Shown here piece by piece: positions 30,845 to 38,757 of a stretch of 64,000 nt of DNA. Numbering within the stretch: position 1 is the first letter of the stretch; each line of letters begins with the position of its first letter. The notes beneath the pieces were generated by a model. That model saw only the letters and a list, made by a program, of their open reading frames with translations, was not told the origin of the DNA and ran no database searches. Both the position numbers and the translations under genes were made by a program. Origin of the DNA: Armatimonadota bacterium (lineage in GTDB: Bacteria; Vulcanimicrobiota; JACPDS01; JBDRKI01); the NCBI GenBank assembly GCA_043814095.1, contig JBDRKI010000102.1, positions 15,716 to 79,715 on the forward strand, in the 5' to 3' direction.

Positions 30845-33079
30845 ATGGGACTTTTCCCGAGCGAAGGATTTGAAAAACTAAAACAAAAAGCGCTGGATAT
30901 ATTAAGGGCAAATAATATATGTTATCTTGGCGTTGAATATATATTTCTGGCATTTCTCTTAATCAATGAGAACCTTTTCAAAAAAGCCGGTGTGGATATA
31001 GAGAAAGTAGTTAAAGATATACTTGAACTGTCAATAAGAGGAGAGACAGCCCCTGAGTCGGTAGGAGTTACTCCCAGATACAAAATTATATTCAAAGAAG
31101 CGCAAAAGCTGGCTGAAGAAGAAAAATCCGACAGGGTCGAAGTCCCCCATTTTATAAAAGCAATGTTTGAAGACGAAAACAGCCTGCCTTCTGTTGTGCT
31201 TAAATGGAATAATATAGATAAAACGATTGTTACGGCCAATCTTGATAAGGCAAAAGACGTATCCGAAGCTTCCCCTGATAAACAGGAATCGAAAACTTCT
31301 AAAAAAGAAGATAAAAAATCATTTATTGAGAAATTCGGCAAAGACCTTGTTGTTGAAGCTAAAGCAGGCATGATAGATCCGGTAATAGGCAGGGAGAAAG
31401 AGATAGACAGAATAAAACAGATTCTTTTAAGAAAAACCAAAAGCAATCCTGTCTTAATAGGAGAGGCGGGAGTGGGCAAAACCGCTGTTGTTATGGGGAT
31501 TGCAAAAGCAGTGGCGGAAGGAAGGGTGCCGGATCAGCTTAAGGATAAGCGTATAATTGAACTTAACATAGCTTCCGTTCTTGCGGGGGCAAAATACCAG
31601 GGTGAGTTTGAAGAACGCCTGGAGAAAATAATAAAAGAAGTGGAAAAGAGCAAAGATATAATATTATTTATTGATGAGATCCATAATATAACGGGGGCAG
31701 GCAGGTCAGGTTCCGGTCTTGATGCCGGAAATATTTTAAAACCGGCGCTGGCTAAAGGCTCTTTCCCTGTTATAGGGGCTACCACGGTAGATGAACACAG
31801 AAAACACATTGAATCAGATCCTGCTCTGGAGAGAAGATTCCAGCCGGTCATAATTAACGAACCTTCTATTGAAGAAGCAATTGATATATTAAAGGGGTTA
31901 AAAGAAAGCTTCCAGGTTCATCACGGGGTTGAGTTTGAAGAAGAAGCTTTAATTGAAGCTGTTAAGCTTTCAAACAGGTATCTTACAAACAGAAACCTGC
32001 CTGATAAAGCCATAGATCTTATTGATGAGGCGGCGGCCAAGGTTAAAATAGAAGAGGTGGATTCTAAGGTTATCACCAAGGATATGATAGCTCAGGTTTT
32101 ATCTTCATGGACAGGGATACCTGTGGGAAAGATGACTTCACAGACTTCACAGGATCTTTTGAAGTTGGCGGATAATCTGCGTGAGGAAGTTATAGGTCAG
32201 GATAAAGCGGTTGATGCTGTATCCCAGACAGTGCAGATGGGCTACTCAGGTCTTGCTAATTACAAAAAACCTCTGGGAGTATTTTTATTCTTAGGTCCTA
32301 CGGGTGTGGGTAAGACATATCTTGCCAAGCGCCTGGCAGCCAAATTGTTCAGTTCCGAAAAAGATTTAATACGTCTAGATATGTCCGAATTTATGGAGAA
32401 GCATTCGGTGGCAAAACTTATAGGGGCGCCTCCCGGTTATGTAGGTTACGGGGAGGAAGGCATACTTACAAAATCCGTCAGGACAAAACCGTATTCCGTG
32501 GTGCTGTTAGACGAGATTGAGAAAGCCCATCCTGAGGTTTTTGATATATTCCTCCAGGTATTTGATGAGGGCAGGTTGACTGATTCCCGCGGCAGGACTA
32601 TTAATTTCTGCAATACTATTATAGTTATGACTTCAAATATAGGTTCTACGAGCATAGACAAAGACGGCAATGTGATATTGGTTGATATGGAAGATAAAAC
32701 TTCTCAGGAAGATATAATGAAGCTTGTAAGGAAAACATTCAGGGCGGAATTTTTAAACAGGATAGACGAAGTGGTTTTCTTTAAATCCTTAACTGAAGCC
32801 GAACTGAAAAAAATAGTTAAGTTGAGTTTCAGCGAAGCGGAGAAAAGACTTAAAGAGAAGAATATAAACTGGATTATATCTGATGAAGTTGTAGATCTGG
32901 TATGCAATCAGGGGTATAACCCCGCTTACGGGGCAAGGCCGTTAGAACGGGCCATAGGCACCCTTATACTGAAACCGCTTTCTTCGGAACTTTTAAAAGA
33001 GAATTTCAAGGAAGGCGATATTGTCCAGATTAAACTTAATCCGTCCACAAACAAGATAGAGTTTTTAAGGGAGAAATAA
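30845..33079 (+). CDS. Clp/Hsp100 AAA+ ATPase (ClpA/ClpC-like, two NBDs, no M-domain, no obvious ClpP-binding tripeptide)
   Basis: Two Walker A boxes ([16 protein letters not shown]). Only a short linker between NBD1 and NBD2. The region after TSNIGS reads DGNVILVD and lacks an [ILV]G[FL] loop. Confidence 0.8.
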   Translation: MGLFPSEGFEKLKQKALDILRANNICYLGVEYIFLAFLLINENLFKKAGVDIEKVVKDILELSIRGETAPESVGVTPRYKIIFKEAQKLAEEEKSDRVEVPHFIKAMFEDENSLPSVVLKWNNIDKTIVTANLDKAKDVSEASPDKQESKTSKKEDKKSFIEKFGKDLVVEAKAGMIDPVIGREKEIDRIKQILLRKTKSNPVLIGEAGVGKTAVVMGIAKAVAEGRVPDQLKDKRIIELNIASVLAGAKYQGEFEERLEKIIKEVEKSKDIILFIDEIHNITGAGRSGSGLDAGNILKPALAKGSFPVIGATTVDEHRKHIESDPALERRFQPVIINEPSIEEAIDILKGLKESFQVHHGVEFEEEALIEAVKLSNRYLTNRNLPDKAIDLIDEAAAKVKIEEVDSKVITKDMIAQVLSSWTGIPVGKMTSQTSQDLLKLADNLREEVIGQDKAVDAVSQTVQMGYSGLANYKKPLGVFLFLGPTGVGKTYLAKRLAAKLFSSEKDLIRLDMSEFMEKHSVAKLIGAPPGYVGYGEEGILTKSVRTKPYSVVLLDEIEKAHPEVFDIFLQVFDEGRLTDSRGRTINFCNTIIVMTSNIGSTSIDKDGNVILVDMEDKTSQEDIMKLVRKTFRAEFLNRIDEVVFFKSLTEAELKKIVKLSFSEAEKRLKEKNINWIISDEVVDLVCNQGYNPAYGARPLERAIGTLILKPLSSELLKENFKEGDIVQIKLNPSTNKIEFLREK

Positions 33080-33081
33080 TT

Positions 33082-33369
33082 ATGATAAAACTGGAGATAA
33101 TCGGCGGCCCTTATGACGGTAAGGAATATAAATTCAATAAATCAATAAAGATAGGCAGGGATAAATCTGCCGACATATCCATATATTTTGACAACTTTGC
33201 GTCCCGGATACACACTGGCTTGGAAATTGAAGGTAAAAAGTGTATATTAAAAGATATGAACAGCACTAACGGCACATATATTGGCAATAATAAAATAAAT
33301 GAGGTAGAATTAAAGGATAAAGATATATTTAAAGTCGGAAGAACGTTATTTAAAGTGGAGATATATTAA
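33082..33369 (+). CDS. FHA-domain protein (95 aa)
   Basis: GR..D....SR.H....SxNGT pattern (GRDKSADISIY..SRIHTG..STNGTYIGN). Translationally coupled to both flanking genes. Confidence 0.75.
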   Translation: MIKLEIIGGPYDGKEYKFNKSIKIGRDKSADISIYFDNFASRIHTGLEIEGKKCILKDMNSTNGTYIGNNKINEVELKDKDIFKVGRTLFKVEIY

Positions 33370-35529
33370 ATGATAGGACAGATTATAGGCAATTATAAAA
33401 TAGAGGAAAGAATAAAAAGCCAGGAACAGTATGCCATTTACAGGGCTAAGGATACCATATTTAATGTTCCCGTTTATTTAAAGATTTTATCTCACAAGAT
33501 AGTAGACAATCAGGATGTAAAAAAGAATTACTTATCCTGTGCTTCCCAGTATCTTAAGCTGAAGCATCCCAATATCTTAAATCTTTTAAAAACAGGCGAT
33601 GAAGGGGGATATACCTACCTTGCTTATGAGAATTTTTCAATTAAGACTCTCTATGAGTATTTAGGTGAAAACCCGGCTCTTACCCTGCATGAAAAAATGG
33701 ATATATTTTTTCAGATCTGTAAAGGTCTGAGTTATGCCCATCAGGATTGTATTCTGCACGGTAATTTAACGGCAGGGAATGTATTTATAGATAATAATAA
33801 AAATATAAAAATTGTGGATTTCGGAATTTCGGCTATTGAAATGCTGCAGACAGAAATTCACCAGAACCAGATACTTGAAGGCTTTTATTATTTCCCGCCC
33901 GAGAAGATAAACAAAGAACCCTTAGACGAGAAATCCGATCTGTATTCCCTGGGCGTTCTCTTATTCTACATATTGAGCAGAAAATACCCCTTTGAAGCCG
34001 AAGGGCTTAACCAGCTGTTCGGCAGAAAGCTGGAAGGTCACGCGGCAAGCATATCTTCATATGTTAACGATATTCCCCAGAGTATATCCGATGCAATATC
34101 CAAGCTTATTAAAAATAATAAACAGGAACGTTATTTAAATATTAAGGAACTTCTAAATGATATTAATAACTCCGGCTTAGATATTCAATACAATATCCCT
34201 TTATCCCCGAAACAGTCAAACTGGTTTGTTAATAAGGCAGGGGAAGCTTACCTTGCCGGAGATATAAATGCTTCTATTGAGAACTGGACCAAAGCAATTG
34301 AATTTGACCCTTATAATCCCGGATTATATACAAACCTTTCTAAAATATACTTGGAACAGGGAGATTACGCAAAAGCGGCTGAAAATTACAAAAAAGCCCT
34401 TTCGGTGGAGCCTTTTAAAACCAGCTGGCGCGTGGAACTCGCCAACTTACTTAAAAAAAGCAGTCAGTTCGGTTCCGCTCTTTCTGAATACGAGATTATA
34501 AAGAAGCTGGATTCTAAATACCTGCCGTATTATTTTAATGCCGGGAACTGCCTGTATTTCCTTAAAAGATACGGCGAAGCCATTACAGTATGGCTTGAAG
34601 GATTAAAACGCGATCCCGATAAACTGAGACTTCTGTATAACCTTGGGGTTGCCGAATACGCGATAGGCAAGACGGAAAAAGCACTTGAGTACTGGAGCAA
34701 GGTTCTGGAGATAAATAAAAATTTTGTAAAGGCCTCCTATAACCTGAGTATTGTAGAATTAAACAATAATAATACAGATAAAGCGTTCCTGTTATGGGAA
34801 GAGCTTGATAAAATATCCAATATGCCCGAGATAAAATTAAACCTAGGTAACAGTTATTATAACAAAAAAGACCATGATAAAGCCATGGAATACTGGAGTC
34901 TAGCCCTGGAATTAAATAAGGACTGCTGGCAGGCATATTTTAACCTCGGGATTTATTATTTCGGTAAAGATATAAATAAATCCAGAGAAATGTTTGAAAA
35001 AGCATCTCAGGCAAAGCCGGATTTATGGCTTGCTTACTGGAATCTGGGCTATGTTGCACAGAAAGACGGAGACCATAAAGCTTCTTCTGAATATTTTGAC
35101 AAAGTTCTGCAGCTTAACCCCGGATACTGGCAGGCAAATTACTATCTGGGCGAAAAACTCATAAAAGAAAATAAAATGGATGAAGCCCAGAAATGTTTTA
35201 TGAAGATATTTGACACACAGACTGACTTTTCGGAAGATTTCTGTAAAAATATGGGAGCCATCTTCTATAAAAATAGTCAGATTGACAAAGCTGTTGACTG
35301 CTGGGCAAAAACAGTATCGCATCATAATTTCCAGTGGGATGAAAAAGATGACGGTAAGGATATCCCCGACAGGATATATAAAGCTGCAAAGATTATGGTG
35401 CAAAAAGAACTTAAAGAAAAAGGGGATGGGGCCTCATTCTTTGTTCATGACCAGAAAGTCCACTTTAATATAAAGCCGGAGCTTATCCCGGCCGACTGCG
35501 GGGATATTATTCCTGTAATTGACTATTAA
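33370..35529 (+). CDS. Ser/Thr-kinase-like protein with a degenerate catalytic core (predicted pseudokinase) fused to TPR repeats
   Basis: Kinase fold recognisable (DFG, PPE, DLYSLG) but the Gly-loop is replaced, HRDLKPxN is replaced by HGNLTAGN, and the alpha-C Glu is not evident. C-terminal ~400 aa are TPR-like. Confidence 0.7.
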   Translation: MIGQIIGNYKIEERIKSQEQYAIYRAKDTIFNVPVYLKILSHKIVDNQDVKKNYLSCASQYLKLKHPNILNLLKTGDEGGYTYLAYENFSIKTLYEYLGENPALTLHEKMDIFFQICKGLSYAHQDCILHGNLTAGNVFIDNNKNIKIVDFGISAIEMLQTEIHQNQILEGFYYFPPEKINKEPLDEKSDLYSLGVLLFYILSRKYPFEAEGLNQLFGRKLEGHAASISSYVNDIPQSISDAISKLIKNNKQERYLNIKELLNDINNSGLDIQYNIPLSPKQSNWFVNKAGEAYLAGDINASIENWTKAIEFDPYNPGLYTNLSKIYLEQGDYAKAAENYKKALSVEPFKTSWRVELANLLKKSSQFGSALSEYEIIKKLDSKYLPYYFNAGNCLYFLKRYGEAITVWLEGLKRDPDKLRLLYNLGVAEYAIGKTEKALEYWSKVLEINKNFVKASYNLSIVELNNNNTDKAFLLWEELDKISNMPEIKLNLGNSYYNKKDHDKAMEYWSLALELNKDCWQAYFNLGIYYFGKDINKSREMFEKASQAKPDLWLAYWNLGYVAQKDGDHKASSEYFDKVLQLNPGYWQANYYLGEKLIKENKMDEAQKCFMKIFDTQTDFSEDFCKNMGAIFYKNSQIDKAVDCWAKTVSHHNFQWDEKDDGKDIPDRIYKAAKIMVQKELKEKGDGASFFVHDQKVHFNIKPELIPADCGDIIPVIDY

Positions 35530-35652
35530 TCTGTAATTTTTCTTCTATTTACCGGGTTTTTACCAAAAATACTCCATTTGACCTATATTTTTATTTATAT
35601 ATCCATGTTAAAATAATTATAGGAAAGATATTAATATAATTTGGAGTTGCAT

Positions 35653-35937
35653 ATGGTATGGGAAGGATTAAACAGCGGATTTAATGTTCAGGAATATAAA
35701 CAAAGTCTCAGGGAATCTGTAAAGCTTAAAAATCTGAAAGTAGGTATAGATCTAAATCTGGCTTTAAAAGAAGAAGAACTGCAGAAGCTTAAAGAAGATG
35801 ATAATGTTAATGAGATTAAATTAAGAAATATGGAGAAAGATGTTAAAAAGCTAAAAAGAAAAGCCGGAATATTGAAAGAAAAATATGAAATAATCGCAGA
35901 AAAACTGCAGAATTACGAAAGCCAGTTCTTTACATAA
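35653..35937 (+). CDS. Hypothetical coiled-coil protein (~94 aa)
   Basis: K/E-rich ORF with GGAG 5 nt before the ATG at 35653. Confidence 0.4.
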   Translation: MVWEGLNSGFNVQEYKQSLRESVKLKNLKVGIDLNLALKEEELQKLKEDDNVNEIKLRNMEKDVKKLKRKAGILKEKYEIIAEKLQNYESQFFT

Positions 35938-35943
35938 AAATTT

Positions 35944-36870
35944 TTACTTCCTCGGATGACTCTTCTTGTAAGTCTCTTCTATATGTTTTAATGAAATATT
36001 AGTATATATCTGTGTAGTAGACAGGTTCTCATGGCCTAAAAGCTCTTTTATGCTCATAAGATCAGCTCCGCCTTCAAGCATATGCGTGGCGAAACTATGC
36101 CTAAGCGTATGAGGGGAGGCATCTTTATTTATCCCTGCCGCCTTTTTATACTTATCGAAAATGTATTCTATCATCCTATCTGAGATACGAACATTTTTTC
36201 TGCTGATGAATAGGGCAGGGGAACTGACTTTCGGCCTTATAGTCAAATAATCTTTTACCGCCTTTTTCGTGGACTCGTTTATAAGGACAAATCTTTCTTT
36301 ATTTCCTTTTCCTCTTACTTTTATAAGCATATTCTCAAAATCTATGCTGTCGTGGTTTATGCTGACAAGCTCGCTTATTCTCAGGCCGGTAGCGTAGAAG
36401 AGCTCAAAAATAGCCTTGTCTCTGATAGAATAGGGATCCCGGGACTCTGCTATTGTCTCAAAGAATTTTTCCATCTCTTCCTTAGTGAGGACATTGGGCA
36501 GCTGCTTGCCCAGTTTGGCGCTCTTTATCTTGGTCATGGACGACTTTTTAACAATCCCTTCAGACTCTAAAAACGCAAAATATGCCTTTAATGTGGCGAT
36601 TTTTCTATTTAGTCCCTTAGGTGAATACTTCTTATCAAGCTTAAGATAGGTCAAGAACTCCCTTACAGTCCTTTCATCTATATCATCAAGAACCATTCCT
36701 TTTTTAATCTGGGGGAGGAAGAATGAGAAAAATATTTTTAAATCATGGGAATATTCTTCTATTGTTCTCGGCGCCAGATTTTCCTCAACGGCCAGATAAT
36801 TAAGAAAGTCTTTTACCAGAAACTCGCGTTCGCGCTCCTTAAACATGTTTTCCACAGAACAATTATCCAC
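35944..36870 (-). CDS. Tyrosine site-specific recombinase of the XerC/XerD type
   Basis: 308 aa with a C-terminal HTLRHSFATHML..LLGH..TTQIYT catalytic region including the Tyr. Confidence 0.85.
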   Translation of the reverse strand: MDNCSVENMFKEREREFLVKDFLNYLAVEENLAPRTIEEYSHDLKIFFSFFLPQIKKGMVLDDIDERTVREFLTYLKLDKKYSPKGLNRKIATLKAYFAFLESEGIVKKSSMTKIKSAKLGKQLPNVLTKEEMEKFFETIAESRDPYSIRDKAIFELFYATGLRISELVSINHDSIDFENMLIKVRGKGNKERFVLINESTKKAVKDYLTIRPKVSSPALFISRKNVRISDRMIEYIFDKYKKAAGINKDASPHTLRHSFATHMLEGGADLMSIKELLGHENLSTTQIYTNISLKHIEETYKKSHPRK

Positions 36871-37204
36871 AGATTTTCACCATCCTTGTTTTTTACTGTT
36901 CGATGCTTTAGGGGAGTATTTCTCTGTCCGGCTCCAATCTCCTCTTTATTCGTCAAAGATATGTTTGTCGAAATTGGGGGAGGGGGATCTGCAGAATAAA
37001 TAACGGCTTGGAATAATGCTTTTTTAGATAAGGGTCTATGGCCCGGGCTTATATGCCCTTATAATGATATAAATAAATATTTCTACATATAATATTACAT
37101 ATAATATAATGATAATTAAGTATCTCTATTCGCCTATTCAAATCTTTAATTAAAATATTTCAGCCCCTTATCTTCCATCCTTAAAATACCACTATACCCT
37201 CCAA

Positions 37205-37295
37205 TACATATATGTCTAAAGGCAAATTTTAAACCCCTTAAAACGCATTTAAATGCGCCGGATTTTTACGGTATTTTACCCCTGCCGGTTTTATA
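37205..37295 (+). repeat. Repeat A copy 1 (ACATATATGTCTAAA..AACCCC.TTAAAA.GCA..TAAATGCG..GGA.TTT..GCCGG..TTTT), intergenic
   Basis: ~60-90-bp element with about 75% identity to copy 2 at 37641. No ORF over 20 aa. Confidence 0.5.
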
Positions 37296-37487
37296 TGATT
37301 TATTAACCCTGTTTCTGTTTTTTTTAATTATTTGATATGTTAACTTATTTTTTGAAAATTAATTTTAATTTGTATTAAATTTATTTTTATGGATATTTTT
37401 TAAAATATATTTTATTGAAGATATAAAAACATACGAATAAATTTTTATGAATATAAACCAGCAGAATGTAAAATAATAAAAATATCA

Positions 37488-37540
37488 ATAGGGGAATTTA
37501 AAAATTTTCAAACTCCCCTATCTGTTTTTGTGTTTTTTCG
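37488..37540. terminator. Hairpin B copy 1 (ATAGGGGAATTT..AAACTCCCCTAT) followed by a T-rich tail
   Basis: 12-bp stem with one mismatch and a 9-nt loop, then TCTGTTTTTGTGTTTTTTCG. Near-identical to copy 2. Confidence 0.5.
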
Positions 37541-37640
37541 TAATGATCTATATTTTCAAATATGACATATCCGGCAAATGCTTGATATATATAGCATTAA
37601 TAGTGATTATCTCTCAGGTTTGATTTTTAATTAAGCGGTA

Positions 37641-37735
37641 TACATATATGCCTAAATCCGGATTTCAACCCCATTAAAAGGCAAATAAATGCGTCAGAAT
37701 TTGGAGCTGATTTCATTTTTCGCCGGCTCGGTTTT
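37641..37735 (+). repeat. Repeat A copy 2
   Basis: TACATATATGCCTAAA..CAACCCCATTAAAAGGCAAATAAATGCGTCAGAATTT..CGCCGGCTCGGTTTTT. Aligns with copy 1. Confidence 0.5.
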
Positions 37736-37772
37736 TGTCTTAAACTTTTATACAGATAATGCAAAAATAATA

Positions 37773-37820
37773 ATAGGGGAATTTATTTTTTTTAAAAAAA
37801 ACTCCCCTATCTGAATTTGT
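37773..37820. terminator. Hairpin B copy 2 (ATAGGGGAATTT..ACTCCCCTAT), probable terminator of the DUF167 gene
   Basis: Same GGGGA/TCCCC stem as copy 1, with an AT loop containing T8A8. Sits 29 nt downstream of the DUF167 stop on the minus strand. Confidence 0.5.
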
Positions 37821-37848
37821 GTATGTTTATGATTTATTTTTTTGTATT

Positions 37849-38133
37849 TTACATGTTCTTTATTTTTTTTATTAAATTTTCTCTGCTAATTTTAATTCCA
37901 ATTAATTTGTTCTGAACGGTTTCGCCTTTTAAAATTATAAGATCGGATTTTCTTATGTCTAATTTTTTTGATAACAGATCTATAACAGCCTTGTTTGCTT
38001 TTCCTTTTTCAGGCGCAGATGTAACTTTAATATAAAATTTGCTATCCCTTAAATCAATCTCGTTTTTCCTTGATTTAGGATTAACCTTAACTTCACAAGT
38101 TACATATTCTTTATATATACCTGTTTTTATCAT
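37849..38133 (-). CDS. DUF167 / YggU-family small protein
   Basis: 94 aa with a V..KVNPKSRKNEI.. signature reminiscent of UPF0235/YggU proteins. Confidence 0.65.
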   Translation of the reverse strand: MIKTGIYKEYVTCEVKVNPKSRKNEIDLRDSKFYIKVTSAPEKGKANKAVIDLLSKKLDIRKSDLIILKGETVQNKLIGIKISRENLIKKIKNM

Positions 38134-38205
38134 TATTTTATCCTTATATCTATATATTTCTTTCTAAGATTAAAAAATCCTTGTTTTATGCAATTTTTTA
38201 CCCCT

Positions 38206-38255
38206 AAAATGTTAACAATTTTGTAACATTTTGGCAATATTTTGGTAACATTACT
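38206..38255 (+). promoter_or_regulatory. Putative operator: imperfect palindrome AAAATGTTAAC-N6-GTAACATTTT followed by GTAACATTTTGG / CAATATTTTGG / TAACATTACTGG direct repeats, upstream of a TATAAT box
   Basis: Seen directly in the sequence. A TATAAT box lies at 38260-38265, and the gene start is at 38305. Confidence 0.35.
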
Positions 38256-38304
38256 GGATTATAATATAGATATAGAAAAAAAAACAGATCCTGGGGGGTA
38301 AAAT

Positions 38305-38757
38305 ATGGGAAGTTTCAATATAATAAATAGTAATATCAGGACAGGTTATACAAGCGCAATGACAAAATTAAGCACCGAGAAAAAGAAACAAAAGGCGGAA
38401 GAAATTTTAAACAAGCTTTCTGATTTAATAAATAAAGGTGTAATAACTACCAAAAATTATGGTTCTCTTAACAGATGTTTAGAAGATTATAACTGCAGGT
38501 TAAGATTTAAACATACCACAGATAACGATTTGCTTGTCGGTTACAGTTATAAGCTGAAGGACGGCGAAGGATATGTATATTATTCATTCAGGAAAAAAAG
38601 TTATGAAGTTTGTTATATAAAACAGGATGGGTATTCTTTCCGCAGAGCCGAAGATTGTGAAAAAAGATCTCTTAATTCAAAAATAGTAGCTACACATTCA
38701 AAACTTGAAAAAGAAGGTGTAATGCAAAGGCTGGAACAAATGGCTAAAAAATATTAA
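38305..38757 (+). CDS. Hypothetical protein (150 aa)
   Basis: ORF with a G-rich RBS (GGGGGGTAAAAT ATG). No recognised family. Its stop overlaps the rnc stop convergently. Confidence 0.5.
   Translation: MGSFNIINSNIRTGYTSAMTKLSTEKKKQKAEEILNKLSDLINKGVITTKNYGSLNRCLEDYNCRLRFKHTTDNDLLVGYSYKLKDGEGYVYYSFRKKSYEVCYIKQDGYSFRRAEDCEKRSLNSKIVATHSKLEKEGVMQRLEQMAKKY

Noticed and set aside
37690-37812. 40-aa ORF (MRQNLELISFFAGSVFVLNFYTDNAKIIIGEFIFFKKNSPI) inside repeat A copy 2 that reads through hairpin B copy 2
   Set aside because: The corresponding frame in repeat copy 1 gives an unrelated 17-aa peptide, so the conservation is at nucleotide level. It is more likely an RNA/DNA element than a coding sequence.
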